Assembly: GCA_030390025.1 (NCBI GenBank)
Contig: JASTWF010000356.1
Coordinates: 124,001-188,000, forward strand
Origin: Squalus acanthias
Lineage: Eukaryota
DNA length: 64,000 bases
Reading direction: 5' to 3'
Both the position numbers and the translations under genes were made by a program. Shown piece by piece: positions 24,274-35,354 of this stretch. How positions within the stretch are numbered: the stretch's first letter is position 1; every line of letters begins with the position of its first letter. The notes beneath the pieces were generated by a model. The model did not search any database. It saw only the letters and a list, made by a program, of their open reading frames with translations, and was not told where the DNA came from.

Positions 24274-26202
24274 TCATTGCGGGGCGTCGTCAGAGGGGGC
24301 TGAGGGAACTGCCACACCGGTAGTGGCTGTTATCTTCCCCTGACTGGCCAGGAGAACCCGCAGTGATTCTAGAACGCTCTCTACTGTGGGGGTCCCAGTG
24401 TCTACCTTTGGGCCTGGAGCTGTGGAGCTCTTTCCCTTGGTGCCCTTCCAGGGTTTTTTCCAATCTTTGCGCCAGTGGCCGTCTTTCCCGCAGCCATAGC
24501 AGTTTAACTTATTCTGGGAGGGATAGTTTCCTTCCTGGTGCCACTCTTTCTTATTCTGGCCCCCAGGTTTAACCTCGTGGACTTTCCCTTTGGGCTGGGG
24601 CGTCTCAATTCCCCTCCCGTTATTTCTAAATGCTAGCGTGAGCTGGCGGATCACCATTTCTTCGGTAGTCTGGGGGTTTCGGGGGTCAAACCAGGCTGCA
24701 GCCTGGGCTCGGATTTGGGGCAGGCAGTTTGTCATGAGACAACGGAGCCAGTGGGCCAATTGCTCTCTGTTGAGGAACGTCCGCACTGGCGTTCCCGGGC
24801 TCGCGCTCTGGTAGACTGGCCACAGCCTGTCTGCGCATGCCTGCGGGGACTCCCCGGGGTGCTGTGCCGTTTTTTCCACTCGGGCGAACGGATTCCCATC
24901 ATTTAGTCCCATGGCCTCCAATATCTCATCCCTTAACTCCTCGTAATCTTTCTGTCCCTTCTTACACTCATCCGATTGGGTTTAGAGGAGCTCACTACCC
25001 AGAGAGAACAGCCGCATTGTTGGTTGTTCTGCCTCATCGCAGTCATTAACGCATGCTGCCTGCTCTATCTCCCGGAAATGTAGAGAGGGGTCCCCCCTCA
25101 CTGTCAGCTTAGGGATGTGTCCAACCATGTCTCTGAGCTGTTGGGTACCATGTGGCAATATAAACTGGTTCTGGATGGCCCCTAGCTCCTCGCCATCGGC
25201 CGGCGGGCCGTACCTCCGTTGTTTAAGGGGGTATACTGGTCCCGGACTCGGTTTATCCCCTAGGGCCTGCTGGGTCTCACCTAATGCTCCATCCTCCACC
25301 CCCTCTTGCTGCCAGGCCTCCTGAAAACTCGGGGCTATGGGTGGCGGTCGTGAAACCTCTGATTCCCTAACCAGCGCCTTTCTGTGAGCTGCCTGTGGGA
25401 ATTCCCTGCTTGGGTTGCCGGTAAAATCCAACTGGCCCGTCTTCGGGCTAATGAGGCATACCATGACCTTTGCCCTTACTAAGGCCATGCCCAAGCTTTC
25501 TATTTCTTGCCTGCAGGGGCCGTGGTCTGCGTAATCAAACCCCCGGGCACAAGCCAGTTTATAGGCTGCTTTTATTTCGTCTACTTTCTCCTCCTGCTCT
25601 TTCAACTCTTGCGTGAGGCTGGAAATCTTGTCCATTAATCTAACTTCACTACCTCTCGCCTCTCTGACCTGGTATTCCAGGTGTTCCATCCTGTGCCTAG
25701 CGCTACTTTTCAGCTCAGTGATCCGGTCTTCCAGGCGCTCTGACTTTGCCTGGTGTTCCCTTTGAGCTTCAACGGCCCAGGCCCTCATACGCTCTAACTC
25801 AGCCTGATGGTCCCGTGCCGTCTGTGCCCTCTCTTGGCTTACTGCCTGGAGGGCCATTACTACTTTCTCCTCCGCTGCAGTATTTTCCTGCAGCCCTCGG
25901 GTCAACTGATTGATCTTGGCTGCCCGTGTTGCAACAGCACGGTCGAACACTAAAACCTGCTTTTTCAAACACATGAGCCAGACCGCTTTTTCAATACCTC
26001 TCCTGTACTCTTTACGTGCTGTCCACTGGGCAGCTGCATCTAGGGGGCGCTCGGCTTTTAACATATCGCACACCCATTTTTTTGCGATATTAACTTTGCC
26101 GCACTCATAGGTAGATAATCTTCGCTCCATTGCGGATTCCTCCTCTGCAACACGGTCTGCCTTATCACACGCTTTCCCCTGGGCTCCTGGCTGGCTCGCC
26201 AT
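24274..26202 (-). pseudogene. gag: gag (~642 codons, one premature TAA at 24982-24984): coiled coil, capsid-like region, zinc knuckle, PSAP
   Basis: ORFs 24982-26202 and 24274-24921 share a frame; CYGCGKDGHWRKDW (CCHC with the last C changed to W); QHPGESPQACADRL MHR-like motif. Confidence 0.85.
26184..26201 (-). promoter_or_regulatory. Primer binding site, tRNA-Arg
   Basis: TGGCGAGCCAGCCAGGAG, 4 nt after the LTR end; complementary to the 3' 18 nt (CTCCTGGCTGGCTCGCCA) of vertebrate tRNA-Arg(ACG) as I recall it. Confidence 0.9.
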
Positions 26203-26205
26203 TTC

Positions 26206-27166
26206 TGTGAGGGTTTTTTGTCTCGGGCTTATGTGTAGGTCATCCAGTTATGTTTTCCTGAGCTTACCTGCCCACTGTGCGGCTGCGAATCGCTATCCCC
26301 TTCCTAGTTCTGAGCCCAGGACTTATCGAGCGGCGATAAGGACAAACGAACAGACCCGTGGATTAGTGCGAGGTAACCCAATGTTTATTTACAGAAGTAA
26401 AACTACAGAGGAACAGTATTATATGAAGACGGTTTTACACTTAACATGGGAGGAGAACGGACACATCGAGGGAAAATCCTAAAATTACAATTTTAGCAAT
26501 ATCCCCATTAATTCCCACCCTTATGCCTAACTAAAATTGTCTTGCGACAGCCAGAAGAAGATAATGCTCACCGGTGAAATTGATGGAAAAACCTGGCCGT
26601 GCACCCTGTTTCTGCCGTCGAAACGTGGCTACGAATTTTCTGGTCTTCTTTCTTGGCTGCTGGCAGACAGACAGGATGAACCGGGATCCAGGCAGAGAGA
26701 GAGAGAGAGGGGCTGGATCTTCCCAGTTATACCCTCGCGGTCGTTCAAATCTCCTTTCAGATCAGCTCATTTCTATTGTCTGATCTGGGCATGATGAATT
26801 TTAAGAAAAGGTACAGATCTTGGCCCATCATGTTAGATGGCCGGTAATTGTATCATGCCAGTTCTTCAACTGCCCCCTTTGTCCGACAGGTTCGTTGATG
26901 GGGCCCATCCCAGTCTCAATGTCCCCGCTGATTATTTGAGCAAACACCTTGAAAGCCTTATGCGTAGACCTGATTGGGGTGTCCCCATTTCATCGGAATA
27001 CACAAGCTGATAGCTTGCCAGCGTCCTAAAAGCTCTTTGTCACAAGGTCTGACCGCAGCCATGCTCTGGATTTTAAAACTCAGTCAGACCAGGGTTCCGT
27101 ATTAATAAGTGCAACAAAAAATCTTCGGAGGGGGGGGGTGAACATGAAATTTTGCGAATACTTTCA
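26206..27166 (-). repeat. 5' LTR (961 bp)
   Basis: Minus strand TGAAAG...CCCTCACA; AATAAA at 26384-26389 (-); homologous to 11773-12817 with substitutions and indels. Confidence 0.92.
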
Positions 27167-28064
27167 AGATGGATCATGTTCCTCCATTAAAATGAACTAA
27201 TGGGAATTGATTCCATATATACATATATAGAACTGCAACCGTCTGAGGCTACATTTAATTTGTGGCTGGGATTCGGGTAACAATTCAGAACATGTTGGTC
27301 CATTTTAATGATATTTTACCCGCATCGAATAACTTCATTTCCGATAACAGGCACATGACATAATGATACAATATTAGTGTAGGCGTCATGCGAAGTAATT
27401 CCCTGCCTAAAGCCCTCCACCTGGACCTCTCCGTCGCTTCCTTTCACACGATCCATAAACCGAGATCTTTGAGCAGTCTTTTGGTCACATTAATAGCTCC
27501 TTTTTTCAGGTTTGGCATTCAAGTTTTGACTAAACATCTGTGAAGCACTTTTGGAAATCTCTAAAAGTGTGTGTATGCGTGCATTTAGAAAATACTCTGA
27601 ATTATCTTACTTTGTTCCAAATTGGATGGTGTCACACTTGCGCACATTGAACACGATTTCCCTTTGTTTTGCCGGCTTACTTCGTCAGTCTCTGTGCCTT
27701 TGGTTACCTCCCGTTCCCATTTGCACTACGACCGGACCTTCTAACTTAGTGCAATCTTCCAACTTGGATCTACAGCGCTCTATTGCCCCATCCAAGTCAA
27801 TCATAAATACGGTGAAAAGTTGAAGATCCAATACGGATATCTGGGGGACGGCACTTGTCACATCTGACGCTGCTGCTAAAGAGCATGTCGTTTGTGGGAC
27901 GGAGAATATTTCTGAAATGAAGCCGGTTTGAGGCAGTCAGTCTGGATTTGTGAGAGAAATGCGCTGCACAGGCTGGTTTACTGGACAAGGAAATGGAATT
28001 TGCCGAGGCTGCAATGAAGCACGGCAGCAAATGAAAGTCCTTTTCTGCGCTTTAGCCAACAAAA

Positions 28065-28137
28065 GCTCGGATAGCTTACTCGGTAGAGCATCAGACTTAT
28101 AATCTGAGGGTTCAGGGTTCAAATTCCTGTTCAAGCG
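28065..28137 (+). pseudogene. tRNA-Lys(TTT)-derived pseudogene, anticodon mutated to TAT
   Basis: 73 nt GCTCGGATAGCTTACTCGGTAGAGCATCAGACTTATAATCTGAGGGTTCAGGGTTCAAATTCCTGTTCAAGCG, clearly similar to vertebrate tRNA-Lys3; C4:A69 mismatch, G15C, C61T; TTTT at 28142-28145. Confidence 0.85.
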
Positions 28138-28189
28138 CTGCTTTTAAGTCGCGGTAACCATCTGTACATTTGTGCCCTGATCCTTTAAC

Positions 28190-28710
28190 AATGAGAATAG
28201 TAACAGGAGTAGGCCTTTTAACCGCTCGAGCCTTTCTGCCATTCAATTAGATCTGTGACCTAACTCTGTTTAAATCCCTTTGCTCCAGATCCCTTAAGTC
28301 CTTTGGTCAACAAAAATCTATCAATCTCAAGTTTAAAATTGACAATTGACCCAGCTTTAACTATAGTTTGTGGAGGTGAGTTACAAATTATTACCACCCA
28401 TTCCCTGTAGCAGTCTTTCCTAACTTCACTCCTGAAAAGCTTGGATCTAATGTTGAGGCGATGTCCCCGAGTCCGAGACTAGACAATCATCGGAAATAGC
28501 CTCTCTCTATCGACACTATCAGTTCCCCTTAATATCGTGAATACTTCAATCAAATCACAACTTATGCTTCCAAATTCCAGGGAATACAACCGTAGTTTGT
28601 GTAATCTCCCATTGTAATTTATCCCTTGGACTCTGTGTAGCACTCTGGAAAATCTACGCTTCACTTTTTAAGCCTGATACTAGATTCCTAAGGGGTGATG
28701 CCCAGAAATT
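28190..28710 (-). mobile_element. Decayed CR1 3' end
   Basis: RLHKLRLYSLEF...DLIEVFTILRG. Confidence 0.8.
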
Positions 28711-29599
28711 TGTTTTATTCGTTTAAGTGATGTGGGCGTCGCTCACAAGGCCAGCATTTATTGCCCATCCCTAAATGCCCTTGAGAAGGTGGTGATGAGC
28801 GGCCTTCTTCAACCGCTGCAGTCCTAGTGGTGAAGGGTAGGGGGTTAGGTAGACGGTTCTAGGATTTTGACCAAGCGACTTTGAAGGATCGGCGATATTC
28901 TTCTAAGTCAGGATGATGTGTGACTTGGAGGGGAACTTGAAGGTTCTGGTGTTCCCATGCGCCTGCTGCCTTTGTCCTTCAAGGTGGGAGAGTTAAGGGT
29001 TTCAGAGGTGCTGCCTAAGAAGTATTGGTGAGTTGCTGTAGTGCATCATGAAATGGTACACACTGCAGCCACAGTGCACCGGTGGTGGAGGGAGTGAAAG
29101 TTTAAGGTGGTGAATGGGGTGCCAATCCAGCGGGCTGCTTTTTCCTGGATGTTGTCGAGCTTCTTCAGTGTTGTTGGAGCTGCAATCATCCATGCAAGTG
29201 GAGAGTATTCCATCACACCCCTTATTTGTGCCTTGGAGATGGTGGATAGGCTTTGGGGAGTCAGGAGGTGAGACACTCGCCGCAGAATACATAGTGTCTG
29301 ACCTGCTCTTGTTGCCACAGTATTTAAGTGTTTGGTCCATTTAAGTTTCTGGTCAATGGTGACCCCCAGGATGTTCATGGTGGGGGATTCGGCGATGGTA
29401 ATGCCGTTGCATGTCAAAGGGAGGTAGTAGGACTCTGGCTTGTTTCAGATAGTCAATGCAGGGCACTTCTGTGGCACGAATGTTACCTGCCACTTATCAG
29501 CAAAAGCCCGAATGTTGTCCAGGTCTTGCTGCATGCGGGCATGGACTGCTTCATTATCTGAGGAATTGTGAATGGCGCTAAACACTGTGCAGACATCGA

Positions 29600-31020
29600 A
29601 ACATTGAAGATAGGAGCAGGACTACGCCATTCCGTCCCTCAAGCCTGTTCCGCCATTCAATGAGATTATGGCTGATCATCCAAATTCAGTACCCAGTCCC
29701 TGCTTTCTCCCCATATTCCTTGATCCCCTTAGCCTTAAAAAATATATCTAACTCCTTCTTGAATATATGTAATGAATAGGCCTCAACTGCCTTATGTGGT
29801 AGAGAATTCCACAGGTTCACCACTCTCTGGGTGAAGAAATTCCTCCTCATCTCTGTCCTAAATGGCTTACCCCTTATCCTTAGACTGTGACCCATGGTTC
29901 TCGACTCCCCCGCCATCGGGAACATCCTTCCTGCATCTAGTCTGTCTAGTCCTGTTAGAATTGTATAAGTTTCAATGAGATACCCTCTCATTCTTCTCAA
30001 CAATAGCGAATATAAGCCTAATCGACCCAATCTCTCCTCATACGTCATTCCTGCCATCCCAGGTATCAGTCTGGTGAATCATCGCTGCACTCTCTCCATG
30101 GCAAGAACATCCTTCCTCAGATAAATTGACCAAAGCTGCACACAATATCCAAGATAACAACAGAAAACGCTGGAAAAACTCAGCAGGCCAGGCAGCATCC
30201 GTGGAGAGAGAAAGAGAGTTGACGTTTCAGATCGATGACCTTTCATCAGAACACAATATCCAAGTGTGGTCTCACCAAGGCCCTGTACAACTGCAGCAAG
30301 ACATCCTTGCTCCTGTCCGCGAATCCTCTCGCTATGAAGGCCAATATACCATTTGAATTCTTTACCGCATGCTGGACCTGCATGCTTACCTTCAGCACCT
30401 GGTGCACAAGGACACCCAGGTCTCGTTGCACTTCCCCTTTTCCCAATCTATTGCTGCTCAGATAATAATCTGTCTTCCTGTTTTTGCCACCGAAGTGGAT
30501 AATCTCGCATTTATCCACATTATACTGCATTTGCCATGCATCTGCCCAATCACCCAACCCGTCCAAATCATACTGGAGTTTCTCTGCATCCTCCTCACAG
30601 CACACACACCCACCCAGCTTTGTGTCGTCTGCAAACTTGGAGATATTACATCTAGTTCCCTCGTCTAGATCATTTATATATATTGTGAATAGCTGGGGTG
30701 CTAGCGCCGATCCCTGCGTTACCCCATTAGTCACTGCCTACCACTCAGAAAAAGACCGGTTTATTCCAACACTTTGCTTCCTGTCTGCCAACCAATTCTC
30801 TATCCAAGACAGTACCTTACCCCCAATCCCGTGTGCTTGAACTTTGCACGCCAATCTCTTATGCGGGACCTTATCGAAAGCCTTCTGAAAGTCCAAATAC
30901 ACCACATCCACTGGCTCTCCCTTATCTATTCTATCAATTGCATCCTCAAAAAATACCAGTAGATTAGTCAAGCATGATTCACCTTTTGTAATTCCATGTT
31001 GACTTTGTCCGATCCTTGAT
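29600..31020 (-). mobile_element. 5'-truncated CR1 LINE
   Basis: [45 protein letters not shown]. Confidence 0.92.
30154..30250 (-). mobile_element. 97-bp Penelope terminal (hammerhead-bearing) insertion with 14-bp TSD
   Basis: TSD ACACAATATCCAAG at 30140-30153 and 30251-30264; insert nearly identical to 15074-15170. Confidence 0.88.
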
Positions 31021-31779
31021 GCCATAGTCGGTCAAATGCTGCCTTGATGTCAGGGGCAGTCACTCTCACCTCACCTCTGGAATTCAGCTCCTTTGTCTAT
31101 GTTTGGACCAAAGTTGTAATGAGGTCGGGAGGCGAGTGATCCTGGCGGAACCTGAACTGAGCGTTGGTGAGCAGCTTATTGCAGAGTTAGTGCCGATTGC
31201 TAGCACTGTCGATAACACCTTCCATCATTTTGCTAATGATTGAGAGTGGACTGATGGGGTGGGAATTTGTCGGTTTGGATTTGTCATGCTTTTTGTTGAC
31301 ATGACATATCTGGGCAGATTTCCACATTGTCGGATAGATGACAGTGTTGTAACTGTACTGGAGCAGCTAGGCTAGAGTCGCGGCTAGTTCTGGAGCACAA
31401 GTCTTCAGCACAACAGCCGGGATGTTGTCAGGGCCCATAGCCTTTGCTGTATCCAGTGCGCTCAGCCGTTTCTTGTTATCACGTGGAGTGAATCCAATTG
31501 GCTGAAGACTGGCTTCTATGATGGTGGGACTCAGAAGGAGGCCGATATGGATCCTCCACTTGGTACTTCTGGCTGAAGATGGTTGCAAACGCTTCAGTCT
31601 TGTCTTCTGCACTAATTGTGTTTGGGAATATTCCTGAAGCCTCATCCTCCCATTAGCTGTTTAATGGTCCACCACCATTCACGACTGGATGTGGCAGGAC
31701 TGCAGAGCTTTGTTCTGATCCGTTGATTGTGGGATCCCTTAGCCCTGTCTATAGCTTCCTGTTTCCGCTGTTTAGCATG

Positions 31780-33243
31780 TTTGCTTCTCTATATCTTCCG
31801 CACTAGTTGGTGCCGTATAAAATACACCTAGTCGTTTAATGGCACCTCCATTAGTTCTTAACGCTAAACAAATAGATTCTGTCCTTGACCCCTCCAGGAC
31901 ATCCTCTCTCTCCAAAAGTGTAACATTCTCCTGAATCAATACTGCCACACCTCCTACTTTCTTCCATTCCCTTTCTTTCCTGAACACCTTCTCCCCAATA
32001 ATATTTAGTACCTAATCCTGCCCTTTTTTGAGCCAGGTCTCCGTTTACACCACGAAATCATATTCCCATGTGGCTATTTGCGCCTGCAGCTCACCAACCT
32101 TATTTACCACACTTCATGCATTTACCCACATGCACTGTAAACCTGAATTGTATTCTCTTAGTCTGACCCCACAGAAGACCTTATTATTTAATACTCCATT
32201 GCCATCCGTCTCTCCCAATCCTTTGTGCACCTGGTTTCTCCTTTCTAAAGCTACAGCCTGGTGCCCACCCCCTGCCAAATTAAATTTAAACCTCCGCAAC
32301 AGCACCAGCAATCCCCCCCCGCACCGCCGAGGACATTGGTTGCGGCCCTGTTGAGGAGCAACCTCTCCGACCTGTACAGGTCCCACCTCCCCGAGAACCG
32401 GTCCAAATGTCTCAGGATTCTAAAGGCCTCCCTCCTGTACCATTTCCCCAGCCACGCATTCACCTGCTCTATCCTTCTATTGCTGTACTCACCAGCACAG
32501 GCACCGGGAGTAATCCGAACATTACCACCTTTGAGGTCCTAATTTTAAACTCTTTCCTAGATCACTAAAATCTGCCTACAGATCATCAATCCTCTTTCTA
32601 ATTATGTCATTGGTACCGATAGGTACAATGACCTCTGGCTGTTCAAACTCGCCTCTCAGAATGTTATTCAGCCGCTCAGTGACATCCTTGACTCTGGCAT
32701 CCGGCAGGCATCATACCATGCTGGATTCACGTCTGCGGCCGCAAAAACGCTTGACTATTCCCCTAACTATTGAATCCCGTCTCACTATTACTTTCCTGAT
32801 CTTTCTCATCCTTCCCCCCACTGTATAGCTGAGCCACCCGTTGAGCTCTGGACTTGACTCTAGCTGTACTCGCCAGATGAACCATCGTCCTCTCCAGTAT
32901 TTAGAACTGAATACCGGTTAGAGAGTGAGATGCACTCAGGGGACTCCTGCACTACCTGCCTGGTCCTCGTTGTCTATGTGGCCGTCACCCATTCCCTCTC
33001 TGCCTGCACACTCTTAGGTTGCGGGGTGACCACCTCCTGAAACGTTCTATCCAAGTAGCTCTCTGCCTGGAGGATGCACAGCAGTGACGCCAGTTGCTTG
33101 TCAAGCTCCTAAAACCGGAGTTGGAGCTCCTCCAGCTGACGACACCTCCTCCACATGTGGTTGTCCAGGACACGGGAAGCGTACTGGAGTTCCCACAAGG
33201 CACGAGATGTGCATTTCACGGGAATGAGGTGCCCTGTCATGCC
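31780..33243 (-). mobile_element. CR1 5' half: ORF1 (zinc finger + SGNH esterase) and start of ORF2, decayed
   Basis: NAWLGKWYRREAFRILRHLDRFSGRWDLY (esterase); GGVAVLIQENV...LGVFYTAP (APE). Confidence 0.8.
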
Positions 33244-33469
33244 TTTATTTAATAGACCATTACTAACTTAACAGAAATAAACTCAAGACTTTTAAAAATG
33301 TATTTAGAATTCGTATTGTTAAACTCTAGAAAAAACCTGTACAATCAGTTCGTGTTAGCCTGGTAACGAACTAATGTTGTCTGGCAAGAGACATCTCATG
33401 CACTGTGAATTCGTGGGAATAGGAGATTACAGGATTTTGGCTCAGAGATGTGGTGGGCGGGTCTGGCTA

Positions 33470-34452
33470 CTAGTTTGAGGTGCTGTATTAGTTTAAGGAG
33501 CTGCATTACCTTGATGGGCTGTATTAATTTCAGGTGCTGTATTAGTTTGAGGCACTGAAATAGTTTGAGGAGCTGTATTAATTTGAGGTGCTGTATTAGA
33601 TTGAGGTGCTGTATTAGTTTGAGGGGCTGTATTAGTTTGAGGGGCTGTATTAGTTTGAGGTGCTGTATTAGTTTGAGGAGCTGTATTAGTTTGAGGGGGT
33701 GTACTAGTTTGAGGGGCTGTATTAGTTTGAGTGGCTGTATTAGTTTGAAGGGCTGTATTAGTATGAGGGGCTGTATTAGTTTGAGAGGGTGTATTAGTTT
33801 GAGGGGCTGTATTAGTTTGAGGGGGTGTATTAGTTTGAGCGGCTGTATTAGTTTGAGGGGCTGTATTATTTTGAGGAGCTGTATTAGTTTGAGGGGCTGT
33901 ATTAGTTTGAGGGGCTGTATTAGTTTGAGGGGCTGTATTAGTTTGAGAGGCTGTATTAGTTTGAGTGGCTGTATTAGTTTGAGGGGCTGTATTAGTTTGA
34001 TGGTCTGTATTAGTTTGATGGTCTGTATTAGTTTGAGAGGCTGTATTAGTTTGAGTGGCTGTATTAGTTTGAGTGTGTGTATTAGTTTAAGGGGCTGTAT
34101 TAGTTTAAGGGGCTGTATTAGTTTGAGGGGCTGTATTAGTTTGAGGGGCTGTAGTAGTTTGAGGGGCGATACCAGTTTGAGGGGCTGAATTCGTTTGAGG
34201 GGCTGTATTAGTTTGTGGGGGAGCATCAGTTTGAGTCGATGTATTAGATTGGGGGCCTTTATTAGTTTGAGCAGCTTTATTAGATTGAGGGGCTGTATTA
34301 GTTTGAAGATCTATACTAGTTTGAAGGGCTGTATTAGATTGAGGAGCTCTATTAGTATGAAGGGCTACACTAGTTTGAAGGGCTGTATTAGTTTGAGCGG
34401 CTGTATTAGTTTGAGGTACTGTATTATTTTGAAGGGCTGTATTAGTTTGAGG
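33470..34452. repeat. 18-bp minisatellite (GGCTGTATTAGTTTGAGG)n, ~54 copies
   Basis: Direct reading; produces spurious LKLIQP / CISLRG repeat ORFs. Confidence 0.97.
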
Positions 34453-34879
34453 ATCCATCGACACAAATTCCCCACTTTAATTGTTTAACTAAATGGCCAC
34501 AGTTAAGCCGGACAGCCCCATCCCAAAGTGCAGTAGAACAGCCCTGAGAAGACACTTTAACTTTTGGAATTTAATTACTGAATGGCCACAGCAGAATGAA
34601 GGACATCACCGAAACAATATGAGCTCTGGAGATGGGCCTGGTGGTGTTTGAAACAACAACCCCATTGCTTGGAAAATACAGCTGGCAATTTTCATTAGTT
34701 AATTCATGTGATCAGAATTGTCCGGTCTTTCGGGTTTTCAATTTCAATCTCAGCACGAATATATTCCATCACAACAGGGAATTAACTCGGCTGTCGTCAT
34801 CTGTTTGTTCTAATGTTTTTTTTAAGTAGTATATTCAGCGATGTTGCAACCTCAATGTCCTCGTGGAGATCCGGCAGGG

Positions 34880-34886
34880 TATAAAT
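34880..34886 (+). promoter_or_regulatory. Candidate TATA box of the GPCR gene
   Basis: TATAAAT ~90 bp upstream of the exon 1 ATG. Confidence 0.45.
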
Positions 34887-34971
34887 GAAAGACTCTGGGA
34901 ATGTACCGCCTCAGAGTATCATTCCGAGAGCTTGTCTACAGCACGAAGGGACACATCGCTTCACACAGAAA

Positions 34972-35038
34972 ATGCATCAGTCAATTGACGGTATCCTGCA
35001 AATATGCTATGTGATCATTGCCGTCATTGGTGTTCCTG
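34972..35038 (+). CDS. GPR139/GPR142-like class A GPCR, coding exon 1 (MHQSIDGILQICYVIIAVIGVP, phase 1)
   Basis: ATG, hydrophobic first half of TM1, donor CCTG|GTCAGT; G+TG restores GVP-V-NLLAIVIL with exon 2. Confidence 0.85.
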
Positions 35039-35354
35039 GTCAGTGATTATAACCATTGCAGTTGTGTAAATATGTGTGTGAGCTGGTCTCTGGTTTTGCT
35101 CTGTGACTGATAATGTTTCATCCTGATCTAGTGGTCACTGTTATACCGGCACCCGATCAGTGATAACATTTTGTTTAGTCAAATGACCTGAATTATTTCT
35201 GAGGGTTAATTCCATTGCCTCAACTGAAAGTAAAATTCTGATTGTAAATCACGGGCTCGCTGTGTTATGAAGTTATTGCCTTTAGTGTAATACTGTGTAC
35301 TGTTGAATCAGACCTCAGCGTAAGCAACACTCTGACAGAAGGAATTAGTGGAAG

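Larger units (their letters stand above)
11773..27166 (-). mobile_element. Endogenous retrovirus, lokiretrovirus-like (LTR-PBS-gag-pol-env-PPT-LTR), defective
   Basis: Two homologous LTRs, tRNA-Arg PBS, PPT, gag with CCHC knuckle, DTGA protease, YFDD RT, two RNase H domains, HHCC/DDE integrase, env with TM. Confidence 0.93.
28712..31780 (-). mobile_element. CR1/L2-group LINE (RT + 3' UTR), split by a CR1 at 29600-31020
   Basis: ILGVTIDQKLKW, AQIRGVMEYSPLAW, KAMGPDNIPAVVLKTCAPELA. Confidence 0.8.

Noticed and set aside
33396..34488. Long ORFs (LKLIQP)n and (CISLRG)n
   Set aside because: Artefacts of an 18-bp minisatellite whose unit is a multiple of 3; no gene signals
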